The notes below the pieces were generated by a model. The model saw only the letters and a list, made by a program, of their open reading frames with translations. It ran no database searches and was not told the origin of the DNA. From NCBI GenBank assembly GCA_030622115.1, contig JAUXGN010000003.1, positions 35,465-99,464 of the forward strand: DNA of 64,000 bases. Reading direction: 5' to 3'. Source of the DNA: Candidatus Eiseniibacteriota bacterium. Its GTDB lineage: Bacteria > Joyebacterota > Joyebacteria > Joyebacterales > Joyebacteraceae. Positions 55,119 to 64,000 of the stretch are shown here, in pieces; position 1 is the first letter of the stretch, and each line of letters opens with the position of its first letter. The translations under genes and the position numbers were made by a program.

Positions 55119-55615
55119 CTCCGGTCACCTCTGCGTCTGAAGTGCCTCACTGCCATCACGTGCTCTACCGGGACCTCGATCGATACGAGGGGTGTTCTGT
55201 CGAGCGCCTTGGTGTTGATCACACGAACGACGAGCGCGTCGCAGACAGCCTCGCCCTCTCTGTTGAGGGCCGACACGATCTCGCCCTTTTCGGGGAGCGG
55301 CGCGTACTCGTACGGGAGCACAACAACTCCCACACCGTCGGATCGACTCGCGTCGACGACGAATATGGCGAGGCCCGGACACGCGCTGATGCATAGCCCG
55401 CACCCGTTGCACTTGTCGTAGTCGACCGTCGGGGTGTTGTTGATGTCGCCCTCTATGATAATGGCGCCTTTCGGGCACGCCTGCACGCAGGGATTGCACG
55501 GGATGGATTCCACGCATTCGATGACGACAACGGGCCCCGCCTTCAACCTCGCGGGTGGCGGTGACAGCCGCCTCAATCCCTCGCCCCTCAGTATGCCGTC
55601 CCGTCTGTGGTTCAT
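55115..55615 (-). CDS. 4Fe-4S dicluster ferredoxin-domain subunit
   Basis: Two 'CxxCxxCxxxCP' motifs ([21 protein letters not shown]). Confidence 0.75.
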   Translation of the reverse strand: MNHRRDGILRGEGLRRLSPPPARLKAGPVVVIECVESIPCNPCVQACPKGAIIIEGDINNTPTVDYDKCNGCGLCISACPGLAIFVVDASRSDGVGVVVLPYEYAPLPEKGEIVSALNREGEAVCDALVVRVINTKALDRTPLVSIEVPVEHVMAVRHFRRRGDRS

Positions 55616-57075
55616 TAGGAACCAACCTTGAACATCTTCCTCTTTCCTTCTCGCGCCGTAGCGCCGAACGGGCCCGCCCGGAGTGTCTTGAGACTGCTTG
55701 TCGCCTCAGATCTCAGTCGCTTGAGCTCTTCTCTATCGACCTCTCTGCACAGTAGCTCAGCAGCCGCGAGCCCGGCAAGTCGCCCCTCTATCATAGCAGT
55801 TGACGCCTCTTCGATCCCCGATGCGTCGCCTGCTATGAAGACGCCGGAGATACTGGTCTCAAGATCCGGGTCGTGTGCCGCTACCGGCCCTCCAAGCTCG
55901 GCCACGTAGGTCTCTCGACATCCCATCTGGAAGGCCAGCTCGCAGTTCGGTGTCAGCCCGACAGCGAGACACACGGTATCCACCGAAAGGGTGCGCTCGG
56001 ATCCCGGCACAGGCTGCCAGTGATCATCCACGCGGCATATCTCAGCGGACTCCACGCGGTCGGGCCCCGTGACCCTCTGAACAGTATGCGATGTCAGGAT
56101 CGGTACGCCCGCCCTTCGTATCTTCGCGGCGTGTACGTGGTAGCCTCCCACCTCCGGCGCGGCATCGATGACGGCCGCAACGTCAACGCCGGCCTGCAGC
56201 AGTTGATATGCGACGATCAGACCGATGTTTCCCGCTCCCACCATGAGCACGCGTTTCCCGGGAACGACACCATGCACGTTCATCAGAGTCTGAACGGCTC
56301 CAGCGCCGTAGACGCCCGGGAGGTCGCAATTCTCGAACGCCAGCATGTTCTCGGAGGCGCCCGTCGCAAGGATCACGGCGTCCGCTCTGAGTTCGATATG
56401 ACGTCTGTTTGCCAGAAGCGAGAGTGTCCGGTCTGGATAGAGTCCGAGAACTGTCGTTCCCAGCATGAGCTTGACAGGAAGACCGCTGAGGTTCGCGATC
56501 AACTCGTCCCCAATGTCGATTCCGCGGATCTGCGCGTAGTGCTCGCGCGAGCCGAAGAACATGTGGGTCTGCTTGATCAGCTGCCCGCCGGGGACATCGT
56601 TCTCATCAATGACGATCGTTTCTACTCCCATGCGTCCGGCGTATGCTGCTGCCGACAGTCCCGCCGGTCCCGCGCCCACGATAGCGAGCGATACTGTCGC
56701 GACATCCTTGGCGCCTCGTCTCGCTTCGGTCGGCCGAGAACCCGGGGAGAAGGATTCGGTGAGCAGGATGGCTCCCTTTCCTCGCTGGGTTTCGACCTTC
56801 ATGTCTTCCTTGAGTGGGGTCACGCAGGTCATGATGTTCGGGATTCCGTCGACCGTCATCAGACATGACGAGCATCGTCCTATGGCGCAGAAGAAGCCTC
56901 TCGGACGCTTTCTCTTGATGCTCTCCCGAAACACTCGAATGCCGTTCGCGTGAAGCGCGGCTGCGATACTCTCGCCCTCGAATCCGAGTAGCTTCCTGCC
57001 ATCGAATTCGAATTCGATCTCTCGACCGCGGTCAAACTCGAGTATCGGGTGTTGGGTCAGTCGCACGACCGGCAT
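55615..57075 (-). CDS. sarcosine oxidase alpha / PDH1-alpha-like NAD(P)/FAD-dependent oxidoreductase subunit with N-terminal 2Fe-2S region
   Basis: N-terminal '[19 protein letters not shown]'; '[16 protein letters not shown]' and a second GxGxxG '[15 protein letters not shown]' pyridine-nucleotide-disulfide oxidoreductase fold. Confidence 0.8.
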   Translation of the reverse strand: MPVVRLTQHPILEFDRGREIEFEFDGRKLLGFEGESIAAALHANGIRVFRESIKRKRPRGFFCAIGRCSSCLMTVDGIPNIMTCVTPLKEDMKVETQRGKGAILLTESFSPGSRPTEARRGAKDVATVSLAIVGAGPAGLSAAAYAGRMGVETIVIDENDVPGGQLIKQTHMFFGSREHYAQIRGIDIGDELIANLSGLPVKLMLGTTVLGLYPDRTLSLLANRRHIELRADAVILATGASENMLAFENCDLPGVYGAGAVQTLMNVHGVVPGKRVLMVGAGNIGLIVAYQLLQAGVDVAAVIDAAPEVGGYHVHAAKIRRAGVPILTSHTVQRVTGPDRVESAEICRVDDHWQPVPGSERTLSVDTVCLAVGLTPNCELAFQMGCRETYVAELGGPVAAHDPDLETSISGVFIAGDASGIEEASTAMIEGRLAGLAAAELLCREVDREELKRLRSEATSSLKTLRAGPFGATAREGKRKMFKVGS

Positions 57076-57278
57076 CTCCGAAGCTGGAGTCTTTTACTCA
57101 GACAGTAACGTTTTGACGCTCGCACCGTCTGGGAGTAAGATGGGGTTCAAGAGAACGCTCCCACCTTGCGGGAGCGTCTCTCCGAACACCTTCGATGACG
57201 ATAGCACTCCCGGAGGCCGGGGGCAATACGAATGTCCCAGCAAGAGCGCCGTTGTTCCTGAGGTGGGTGGGAGATGAC

Positions 57279-58097
57279 ATGAGAGTGGCCACAGCTATGA
57301 CGATAGCCGGTTCGGATTCATGCGGTGGGGCCGGAATCCAGGCTGATCTGAAGACGATGATCGCCTTTGGTGTGCACGGGACGAGCGCACTTACGTCGAT
57401 CACGGCACAGAACACCCTCGGTGTGGGGAAGACCCTTCACCTTCCGGCCGAGCTCGTCGGAGAGCAGATCGACGCGATCATGGATGACATGGGGGCGGAT
57501 GCCGCGAAGACCGGAATGCTGGCTACCGAGGAGATCATGGAGGTCGTCGCTGATCGTATCCGAACACGCAGGATTCCCAACGTTGTCGTGGACCCGGTCA
57601 TGGTGGCGACGTCCGGCGTGAGACTGATGGATGAGAAGGCGACTGACGTATTCGTGAGGGAGATTCTCCCTTTGGCGCTTGTGATCACTCCCAATGTAGA
57701 CGAGGCTCGAGTTCTGGCCGGATTCACTGTGGACACACTGGCAGCGATGAGAGATGCGGCGCGCGCGATCTACGATGTGACCGGAGCATCTGTCCTGGTC
57801 AAGGGTGGACACATGGGCGGAGACGCGACTGATGTCCTCTACGATGGAGTGGAATTCCGCGACCTCACGGGCAGGAGGATAGAGGGAGGAAGAATCCACG
57901 GGACCGGTTGCACGCTTGCGGCCGCGATCGCGTCCGGGCTCGCGTGCGGCGACGCTCTCACGCGAGCCGTCGAGAACGCGAAAGACTTCGTGACCCGCGG
58001 CATCGAGGAATCGTTCGACATCGGGAGAGGCAGTGCGCTCTTCAACCACACGGTTCATGCCGTGTCTGCCGGGGGTGACGGCAGGATGGAGGAGTAA
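57279..58097 (+). CDS. thiD: hydroxymethylpyrimidine/phosphomethylpyrimidine kinase
   Basis: '[20 protein letters not shown]' N-terminus and '[11 protein letters not shown]', 'VKGGH' blocks; the six-frame ORF has a spurious N-terminal extension. Confidence 0.85.
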   Translation: MRVATAMTIAGSDSCGGAGIQADLKTMIAFGVHGTSALTSITAQNTLGVGKTLHLPAELVGEQIDAIMDDMGADAAKTGMLATEEIMEVVADRIRTRRIPNVVVDPVMVATSGVRLMDEKATDVFVREILPLALVITPNVDEARVLAGFTVDTLAAMRDAARAIYDVTGASVLVKGGHMGGDATDVLYDGVEFRDLTGRRIEGGRIHGTGCTLAAAIASGLACGDALTRAVENAKDFVTRGIEESFDIGRGSALFNHTVHAVSAGGDGRMEE

Positions 58098-58098
58098 A

Positions 58099-59037
58099 TT
58101 GAAGCACGTGTTTGGACCAGTACCATCACGAAGACTCGGTCTATCTCTCGGTATCGACCTCCTGACACCAAAGATCTGCACGATGGACTGTACATACTGC
58201 GAGCTGGGCCCGACGACCGACAGGAGAATCGAACGAGGTCGTTTCGTCAACCTGGATGAGGTCCTGGACGAGCTCAGGACGCGTCTTGCCGAGGAGCCGG
58301 ATGTGGATTTCGTCACGTTCTCGGGTTCCGGTGAGCCGACGCTGAGCCTTGATCTAGGGCCTGCGATCGACGGTGTCCGGGTGGTGACGGATACGAGGAT
58401 AGCGGTTCTCACGAACGGGAGCCTGATGACGGATCCCGATGTCCGGAAGGCTCTGATGAGAGCCGATGTCGTGATCCCCTCCGTGGATGCCGTTTCCATG
58501 CAGGCGTTTCAGCGTATCAACAGGCCCCATCCCGGCCTGGATCCTGAGGCCATTGTCGAGGCCATAGCCACTTTTACGGCGGAGTTTGACGGTGAGGTCT
58601 GGCTCGAGACCGTAATCGTGAGGGGCGTGAACGACGATCTTCAAGAGGTGTCGCGACTTGCGCACGCGGCCGGTTTGATCTCTCCGGCAAGAATTCACGT
58701 GAACACCGTCGTGCGACCACCGGCCGTGGCCGGAACTGAGGCGGTAGGTGACGGTCGCCTGCACGAGATTGCGGAGGCTCTCGGTTCCCTTGCGGAGGTG
58801 GTGGCGCCGCCGAGCGTTCAGTCGCACCAGTTCGCAGCCGACTCGGTGGAGGTGATCATTGACATGGTGGCCCGGAGACCTGTCACGATCGGAGACATAG
58901 CATCAGCGCTGGGCTTCAGCCTCGCCGAAGCCGCGAAGATTGTTGGATCACTCCTCGATGGCAAGCGGTTAGAGGTTGTACGGCATGGGGATCTGCTGTA
59001 CTATGTACCCATTGCTCGCAAAGGGGAGGGGTCGTGA
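58099..59037 (+). CDS. radical SAM protein (CX3CX2C) with a C-terminal winged-helix-like region; specific function unknown
   Basis: TTG start 5 nt after a GGAGG SD (GTG at 58108 is also possible); 'FGPVPSRRLGLSLGIDL…CTMDCTYCELG' cluster motif. Confidence 0.65.
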   Translation: MKHVFGPVPSRRLGLSLGIDLLTPKICTMDCTYCELGPTTDRRIERGRFVNLDEVLDELRTRLAEEPDVDFVTFSGSGEPTLSLDLGPAIDGVRVVTDTRIAVLTNGSLMTDPDVRKALMRADVVIPSVDAVSMQAFQRINRPHPGLDPEAIVEAIATFTAEFDGEVWLETVIVRGVNDDLQEVSRLAHAAGLISPARIHVNTVVRPPAVAGTEAVGDGRLHEIAEALGSLAEVVAPPSVQSHQFAADSVEVIIDMVARRPVTIGDIASALGFSLAEAAKIVGSLLDGKRLEVVRHGDLLYYVPIARKGEGS

Positions 59038-59756
59038 AGCTTGCTATAAAGGGATTCGACCATATGTCCCTTGTTGACTGGGATGGAATGGTCGCTGCGA
59101 CGCTGTATCTGCCTAGCTGCAATTTCCGATGTCCCTATTGTCACAACGCCGGGCTTGTTCTCTTGCCCGACCAGTACGAAACCATCTCGCTGGATGATGT
59201 GATCTCTTACGTCACCGAGCACAATGATTTCCTCGACGGTGTGTGCATCACCGGCGGTGAGCCGTGTATGCACAAGGGTCTTCCCAATCTGATCCGGACT
59301 CTCAGAGACTCCGGCATGCGCGTCAAGCTGGACACCAACGGCTCGTTTCCCGACATGCTCGACCGACTCATTGCAGATGAGTTGGTGGATTATGTGGCGA
59401 TGGACGTCAAGGCTCCATTGGACTTCGAGTCATACGCGAGGAGCGCTGGCATCACTGATCGTCGTATTTTCAACAAGGTTCGTGAGAGCATCGATATCCT
59501 GTTGGATGGTCGGGTCGACTATGAGTTCCGAACGACCGTCGTGCCCACACTGCACCGAGCCAGCGATATGAAGCTGATCGCGGAACAGATTCGGGGAGCG
59601 CGACGCTACGTCATCCAGAACTACATCGCTCGTGACACGCTGGATCCCGCCTTCATGGATGAGTCTCCCTACAACTCAGAGCGTCTGAACGAATTCAAGG
59701 AGATGGTGGGGCGCAAGGTTGAGGAGTGTGTCATCAGAGGGAAGGTTGATGTGTAG
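59034..59756 (+). CDS. NrdG/PflA-like glycyl-radical-enzyme activating protein family radical SAM protein
   Basis: ATGA overlap with the upstream gene; 'DWDGMVAATLYLPSCNFRCPYCHNAGL' and 'GVCITGGEP' match class III RNR activase family proteins. Confidence 0.7.
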   Translation: MKLAIKGFDHMSLVDWDGMVAATLYLPSCNFRCPYCHNAGLVLLPDQYETISLDDVISYVTEHNDFLDGVCITGGEPCMHKGLPNLIRTLRDSGMRVKLDTNGSFPDMLDRLIADELVDYVAMDVKAPLDFESYARSAGITDRRIFNKVRESIDILLDGRVDYEFRTTVVPTLHRASDMKLIAEQIRGARRYVIQNYIARDTLDPAFMDESPYNSERLNEFKEMVGRKVEECVIRGKVDV

Positions 59757-59840
59757 GGACATCGACGGTGTTGCTACTCCCTGATCATCGCTGCGGTGTT
59801 GGCCGACACGCGAGACGAAGTGGAGAGATGAACGAAGATG

Positions 59841-59862
59841 CGCCGGCTGCCGCCGGCGTTTT
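59841..59862 (+). terminator. short intrinsic-terminator-like hairpin (CGCCGGC-tgcc-GCCGGCG) followed by TTTT
   Basis: Read directly from the sequence ~85 nt after the stop at 59756. Confidence 0.4.
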
Positions 59863-59916
59863 CATGTTTGGCAGCGCCATTCTGCGAGGAAATGCCTGCG
59901 CCCACGGGCAGGGAAC

Positions 59917-60645
59917 CTAGCGTCGGCGTCTCGGCTTGCGGGACGGCGGTCTCGGGTCGCGTGGCCCGGGAAGGAGTGTGTGTCGCCGATACATGCGCGC
60001 CCGTAGCTGCTTGACACTGGTTGCACCCCGGGCGTCGTTCGGGTCGATCTCGTGTGTTCCCACGATCAAGAGCACGAAGGTGTAGCAGGAGGCCAGCACC
60101 AAGACAAGCGACGCCACGATCGTTGTCGGTCCAAGTGAGAGAGCGCTTACCACTCCGGCGACGCCGTAGCAGGTTCCAGCGATCGCGTGGATCCAGCGGA
60201 GGTTACGGTTGGCGATCGGCGTGACCGAATTCAGGAATGCGAGCGCAAGGAGCAGCGTTGGTTGAACAGTGACTCCGAGCGGGGAGAAGACGAACGCCGG
60301 CAGGTCTCCCGAGTGGCCGGGGTAGGCGACCGCGAAGCCGGCCGCCACCAGCATGAGACCGAGTCGAAGCCGGGGCGTGTGCTCGAACGACGTGTGGAAG
60401 CTGGGGCGGATCGCCTCGCGGAACCATGCAACTGCGAGCGCTCCACTCACAAGCCCTCCCGCCAACCACCAGGCGGGATGTGAACGAAGTGCTACGGTAG
60501 TCGTCGCGAAGGCGAGTGCCATGTAGGCGCTCAAGACCCTCCCGACCTTCTCGCGCCGGATCCACCATACGACGGCGACCGTGAAAATGAGCAGATGATG
60601 AAACCCCGCCAGCGGTAGATGGCGAAGCGCGATCTCGACATCCAT
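59917..60645 (-). CDS. integral membrane protein (6-7 TM) with a basic Pro/Arg-rich C-terminal tail, uncharacterised
   Basis: 242 aa, hydrophobic; 3-nt gap to the upstream HypE-like gene. Confidence 0.45.
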   Translation of the reverse strand: MDVEIALRHLPLAGFHHLLIFTVAVVWWIRREKVGRVLSAYMALAFATTTVALRSHPAWWLAGGLVSGALAVAWFREAIRPSFHTSFEHTPRLRLGLMLVAAGFAVAYPGHSGDLPAFVFSPLGVTVQPTLLLALAFLNSVTPIANRNLRWIHAIAGTCYGVAGVVSALSLGPTTIVASLVLVLASCYTFVLLIVGTHEIDPNDARGATSVKQLRARMYRRHTLLPGPRDPRPPSRKPRRRR

Positions 60646-60648
60646 TCT

Positions 60649-61716
60649 CTACGTCATGCCTTTCCTCAAAGCTTGCTTATCGAGATACTCCTCGAAGCGA
60701 ATCCAGAATGGATCGACCTTCGGGTGCTCGAGGTCGTGCTCTCCGTGTTCATCACGGACGATGATGCCCCGCTCTGCAGGCAGCAGTTCTCCCACGGCCG
60801 ATGCGGGAATGCCCTCGGCTTCGAGGGCCGCGAGTACGGCATCGACGCTCTCCGGCGCCACGGTTGCCACGAGTGTGCCTTCGCTGATGGCCTTGTATGG
60901 ATCTATGTCGAAGACCTCACAGACTCTCATGACCACATCCTGGGTTACGATGCTGCTCTTGTCGACCAGGAGTCCATGGCCGGATGCGCTCGCGATTTCG
61001 AACAACGCTCCCCATATTCCACACTCGGTCGCATCGTGCATGGCCGTCGCGCGGCCGGCCTTCGTGACGATGGCCGCATCACGCACGACCGACATCTGGT
61101 AGAAGACTTCCTGAGCTCGCCGCGTTGTATCCTCTCCGAGCGCTTCCGTGATGAACTCAGGGAACTGCATCGACATGAGCCCGGTCGTTTCGATCGCCGG
61201 CCCCTTCGTGATGATGATGACGTCACCCTCGGATGCCTTCCTCGGATCGACCAGGTCCTCTGGGCGTCCCACGCCGATCACCGTGGCTCCACCGACCATC
61301 GGGTAGTTGCAGCCGGCGTACCTGGCTGTGTGTCCCGTTACGATGGCCACGCCGAGGCGTTTGGCCTCCTGGTGTATTGTGTCCCATATCGTGGTGAGCG
61401 TCTCCTCGTCCATTTCGGGAGGCAGGTTCAGATCGACGGTGAAGTAGCGCGCCGGGATCCCACTCACCGCGACGTCGCTGAGCAGTATGTGGAATGCAAA
61501 CCACGCGGCGCGTTCCCAGCCGAGCGCCGGTGCGATGAAGAACGGATCGCACGACATGACCATGATCTGGTCTCCGATCTCCACGGCGCCGAAATCGACA
61601 CCGTGTGTCGGTCCGACTCGCACGGAGGGATCGGCCGCGCCGAGTCGAGGGAAGATGACCTCATCGAAAAACTCTGGTGTCGCCTTGCCGAGCGGCGGGA
61701 GCTTGGTTGTTGACAT
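60649..61716 (-). CDS. AIR-synthase-related (PurM superfamily) protein, HypE-like
   Basis: 'SDVAVSGIPARYF…LGVAIVTGHTARYAG' parallels the HypE 'NDVAVSGAIPRYL…GIAIVTGDTKV' block; PurM N- and C-domain arrangement. Confidence 0.6.
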   Translation of the reverse strand: MSTTKLPPLGKATPEFFDEVIFPRLGAADPSVRVGPTHGVDFGAVEIGDQIMVMSCDPFFIAPALGWERAAWFAFHILLSDVAVSGIPARYFTVDLNLPPEMDEETLTTIWDTIHQEAKRLGVAIVTGHTARYAGCNYPMVGGATVIGVGRPEDLVDPRKASEGDVIIITKGPAIETTGLMSMQFPEFITEALGEDTTRRAQEVFYQMSVVRDAAIVTKAGRATAMHDATECGIWGALFEIASASGHGLLVDKSSIVTQDVVMRVCEVFDIDPYKAISEGTLVATVAPESVDAVLAALEAEGIPASAVGELLPAERGIIVRDEHGEHDLEHPKVDPFWIRFEEYLDKQALRKGMT

Positions 61717-61802
61717 TGTCTGCCAGTCCTTCCTGTTCGTGCTGTCGCGTCTGAGTTCTGATCCCGCGGCCCTCGTTGCTTCCGTTGGCGATTGCCGCGG
61801 CG

Positions 61803-62261
61803 CTACTTCAACTTCAAGTACTTCGCCAGTGTGGCGCGATGACTTGCGAACGCTATGTCGTGAGGCAGATCTGCAGATGTGAAGAAGTGAGCGTCCGCTG
61901 CATCATCACCTGGAGTAAGCGTTCCCCCGAGAATGCGCGCGGTGAAAGCGAAACAGACGATGGGAGTCCTCGGGTCTTCTCCACTCGACCAGGAATCGAA
62001 TAGACAATCGATTCCGATCCGAAGTCCGGTCTCCTCCTCGACTTCACGCACCGCGCTCTCCTCCGGCGTCTCGTTCTGCTCGATGAACCCCGTGGGGAGG
62101 CACCAGAGTCCCTCGCCCGGTGGGTACTTGCGTCTGACAAGCAAGATGGCGCCATCGCGCTCGGCTATCACGGCGGTGACCGGAGCGGGATTCAAGTAGA
62201 GAATGTAGTTGCAGTCGGGGCACATGGGTCTTGAGTGACCACGCACATTCCTCATAGCCAA
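61803..62261 (-). CDS. NUDIX hydrolase with N-terminal zinc-ribbon
   Basis: 'CPDCNY' ribbon; Nudix box 'GFIEQNETPEESAVREVEEETGL'. Confidence 0.8.
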   Translation of the reverse strand: MAMRNVRGHSRPMCPDCNYILYLNPAPVTAVIAERDGAILLVRRKYPPGEGLWCLPTGFIEQNETPEESAVREVEEETGLRIGIDCLFDSWSSGEDPRTPIVCFAFTARILGGTLTPGDDAADAHFFTSADLPHDIAFASHRATLAKYLKLK

Positions 62262-62366
62262 GTGTGCTCCGCAGCGCGGACAGTACTCAAGGCTTCGGTA
62301 GTTGTTCTGTCCATCGATATCGTAGCTGATACGCGTGTCCTCCAGCGCGAGGCGGTTGTGGTGGCG

Positions 62367-63047
62367 TCACCGAGCGTCTTCCCCTCGCCCCGAATGCTCG
62401 CGACTCGCGGCAAGGGCGTTCTGGAGAGTGTCGATTGCGGCAATGGGGTCGTCTGCGAAACAGACGGCGGACACGACGGCCGCGAATCTCGCTCCGGCCG
62501 CCACTACCATTGCCGCATTCCGGACTCCCAGTCCACCGATAGCAACTATCGGGACATTGGGCATTGCCTTCGTGATGTCGACTATCCTGTCAATCCCGAC
62601 CGGGTCATCGGCATCGGGCTTCGTATCGGTCGCAAACACCGGTCCCACTCCGAAGTAGTCCACGTCCGCATCCACGGCCACAGCGTCCGCAACCGTATTG
62701 ACAGAGAGCCCGACTATGGCGCCCGGTCCGACGATTCTCCGAGCGATCACAGCGTCGGCATCCTGCTTCCCGACGTGGACGCCGTCAGCATGAACTGCCG
62801 CGGCGATGTCGGGGCGATCATTGATGATGAGCCTGGTCCCGGTCCCGTTGGTCACATCCCTGAGCGCACGCGCCAGTGTCAACAGCTCGGGGTCGGGAAG
62901 CTCCTTCTCCCTGAGTTGTATGATCGGGACACCGCATCGAACGGCCGCGCGCGCGAGCTCGACGTGCGGGATATTCGGGGCTGTGATAACGAGGTAGAGC
63001 CCGCTTCCTACGAGCCTGCTGCAGATGCCGCCGTCATCTGAACTCAT
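62367..63047 (-). CDS. thiE: thiamine-phosphate synthase
   Basis: 'VPIIQLREKE', 'INDRPDIAAAVHADGVHVGQDD', 'VGLS' and 'DYFGVGPVFATDTK' blocks. Confidence 0.85.
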   Translation of the reverse strand: MSSDDGGICSRLVGSGLYLVITAPNIPHVELARAAVRCGVPIIQLREKELPDPELLTLARALRDVTNGTGTRLIINDRPDIAAAVHADGVHVGKQDADAVIARRIVGPGAIVGLSVNTVADAVAVDADVDYFGVGPVFATDTKPDADDPVGIDRIVDITKAMPNVPIVAIGGLGVRNAAMVVAAGARFAAVVSAVCFADDPIAAIDTLQNALAASREHSGRGEDAR

Positions 63048-63087
63048 GGCTGGCTCCCTTGGTGCTGCGTGTCGGTGTGCCGAGACA

Positions 63088-63876
63088 TCAAGGTGTACTG
63101 CTGTCGCCTAGCTCGGCGAGGATTTGCTTCGCTACCTTTCGGCCCGAGAGAAGCATGCCTCCGAAGATTGGGCCCATTCTGTAACCGCCGTGGACCGCTG
63201 CTGCAGCCATGCCGGCCACGTAGAGTCCGGGGAAAACCTCGCCGGTCTTCTCGACGACCGTCTTCTCACCGTTTTCGGCCCACATACTCTTCTCGCCCAC
63301 AATGCCTCCGGTCTCCGTCGCGAGTCTGACGCCCATCTTCCGAACGGTGACATGAACGATGTCCGAATCATGGCCGGTGGCATCCAGTACGATCTGCGCG
63401 GAAATCGACAGCGGGTCAACGTGAAGCCCGGCTGCGGTAACGGGGCTCCAGAGGATGACCACGCCTGAGATGCGGTCGCGTGAGAAGAGGACGTCTTCGA
63501 CCTTGCACGTGTTGAAGATCTTGAGGCCTGCCTTGCTTGCACCGTACGCAAGAGCCGCGGCAGTTTGCACTGCGTCCGCCGTATAGTATCCCTCGTCGTG
63601 AGGACGGTAGTCTATTCCGAAGTCGTCCATGATCGGCAGGGCGTCCTTCCGGACAACGATCTCGTTGAAGAGCATTCCTCCGCCCCAGATGCCACCGCCG
63701 GTTGACAGCTTGCTTTCGAAGAGAGCGACATTCCTCCCGGTCTCAGCCAAGTATCTGCCGGCGACCAGTCCGGCCGGTCCGGCTCCCACGATGGCCACAT
63801 CCAATTCCAATGACTCCGAGAACTTCTCGAAGAACCGCTGTGATATGGCTCTCGTAACGGCAACATCACTGATCAT
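63088..63876 (-). CDS. thi4: Thi4-family thiazole synthase (archaeal/sulfide-dependent type)
   Basis: '[20 protein letters not shown]…GGGIWGGGMLFNEIVV' and 'VLDATGHD' blocks; GGAGAG SD. Confidence 0.8.
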   Translation of the reverse strand: MISDVAVTRAISQRFFEKFSESLELDVAIVGAGPAGLVAGRYLAETGRNVALFESKLSTGGGIWGGGMLFNEIVVRKDALPIMDDFGIDYRPHDEGYYTADAVQTAAALAYGASKAGLKIFNTCKVEDVLFSRDRISGVVILWSPVTAAGLHVDPLSISAQIVLDATGHDSDIVHVTVRKMGVRLATETGGIVGEKSMWAENGEKTVVEKTGEVFPGLYVAGMAAAAVHGGYRMGPIFGGMLLSGRKVAKQILAELGDSSTP

Positions 63877-63931
63877 GGTTCTCTCCTCTGCTCTTCCGGA
63901 ATCGCCGCGGCCGACCGAGCGTCAAAAAGCA

Positions 63932-63980
63932 CGGGACCCTTGTCCCGGACAGAGAAATGCGGGACCCTTGTCCCAGACAG
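63932..63980 (-). promoter_or_regulatory. two 21-nt near-identical hairpin-forming elements (CGGGACCCTTGTCCC[G/A]GACAG, period 28) in the 5' region of thi4; truncated by the window end; function unknown
   Basis: GGGAC-ccuu-GUCCC stem-loops read from the sequence 56-104 nt upstream of the thi4 start. Confidence 0.35.
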
Positions 63981-64000
63981 GGGAGCCCCGCGTCATTCGC

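Noticed and set aside
57076-57278. Expected TPP riboswitch in the thiD leader
   Set aside because: I could not find the conserved CUGAGA / ACCUGAUC…GGAUAAUGCC…GGGA blocks on the sense strand; an Rfam scan would be needed to be sure.

Overview
This is a high-GC, gene-dense bacterial chromosomal segment with roughly 55-60 protein-coding genes and short intergenic regions. I could not recognise any rRNA, tRNA, CRISPR array or mobile element. Both 'PNPFNPTTTI...VYFVR...KKVVLLK' Por/T9SS-type C-terminal sorting domains point to a T9SS-bearing organism, possibly a Gemmatimonadota/FCB-like or candidate-phylum genome; that attribution is inference. The gene content is dominated by protein and amino-acid scavenging. 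It includes an M3 oligopeptidase, an S9 peptidase, two giant gingipain-like C25 peptidases with T9SS CTDs, an S55/SpoIVB-like serine peptidase, an OPT oligopeptide transporter, L-lysine 6-aminotransferase and a four-subunit sarcosine-oxidase/PDH1-type amino-acid dehydrogenase operon. Housekeeping functions are also present: TrmO, GlgC, TonB, an ABC-F ATPase, an ECF sigma factor, and a thiamine cluster with thiD, thiE and thi4. Four loci look most worth follow-up. (1) A translationally coupled operon links lat to four uncharacterised membrane proteins. (2) Two tandem internally duplicated Cys/Trp-rich secreted paralogs lie immediately upstream of the two C25 peptidases, with a divergent CsgG-like gene next to them. 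(3) An MFS–lipid-A-type acyltransferase fusion sits next to a PimA-like GT4 glycosyltransferase, behind a PhaR-like regulator. (4) Several repeat or hairpin structures are present: a 31-bp palindromic tandem array, a 25-bp direct repeat duplicating a gene's 3' end, and a near-consensus sigma70 promoter whose -35 element sits inside a 12-bp perfect palindrome upstream of a C25 gene. All functional calls rest on motif-level recognition in the supplied translations. No database search was run.
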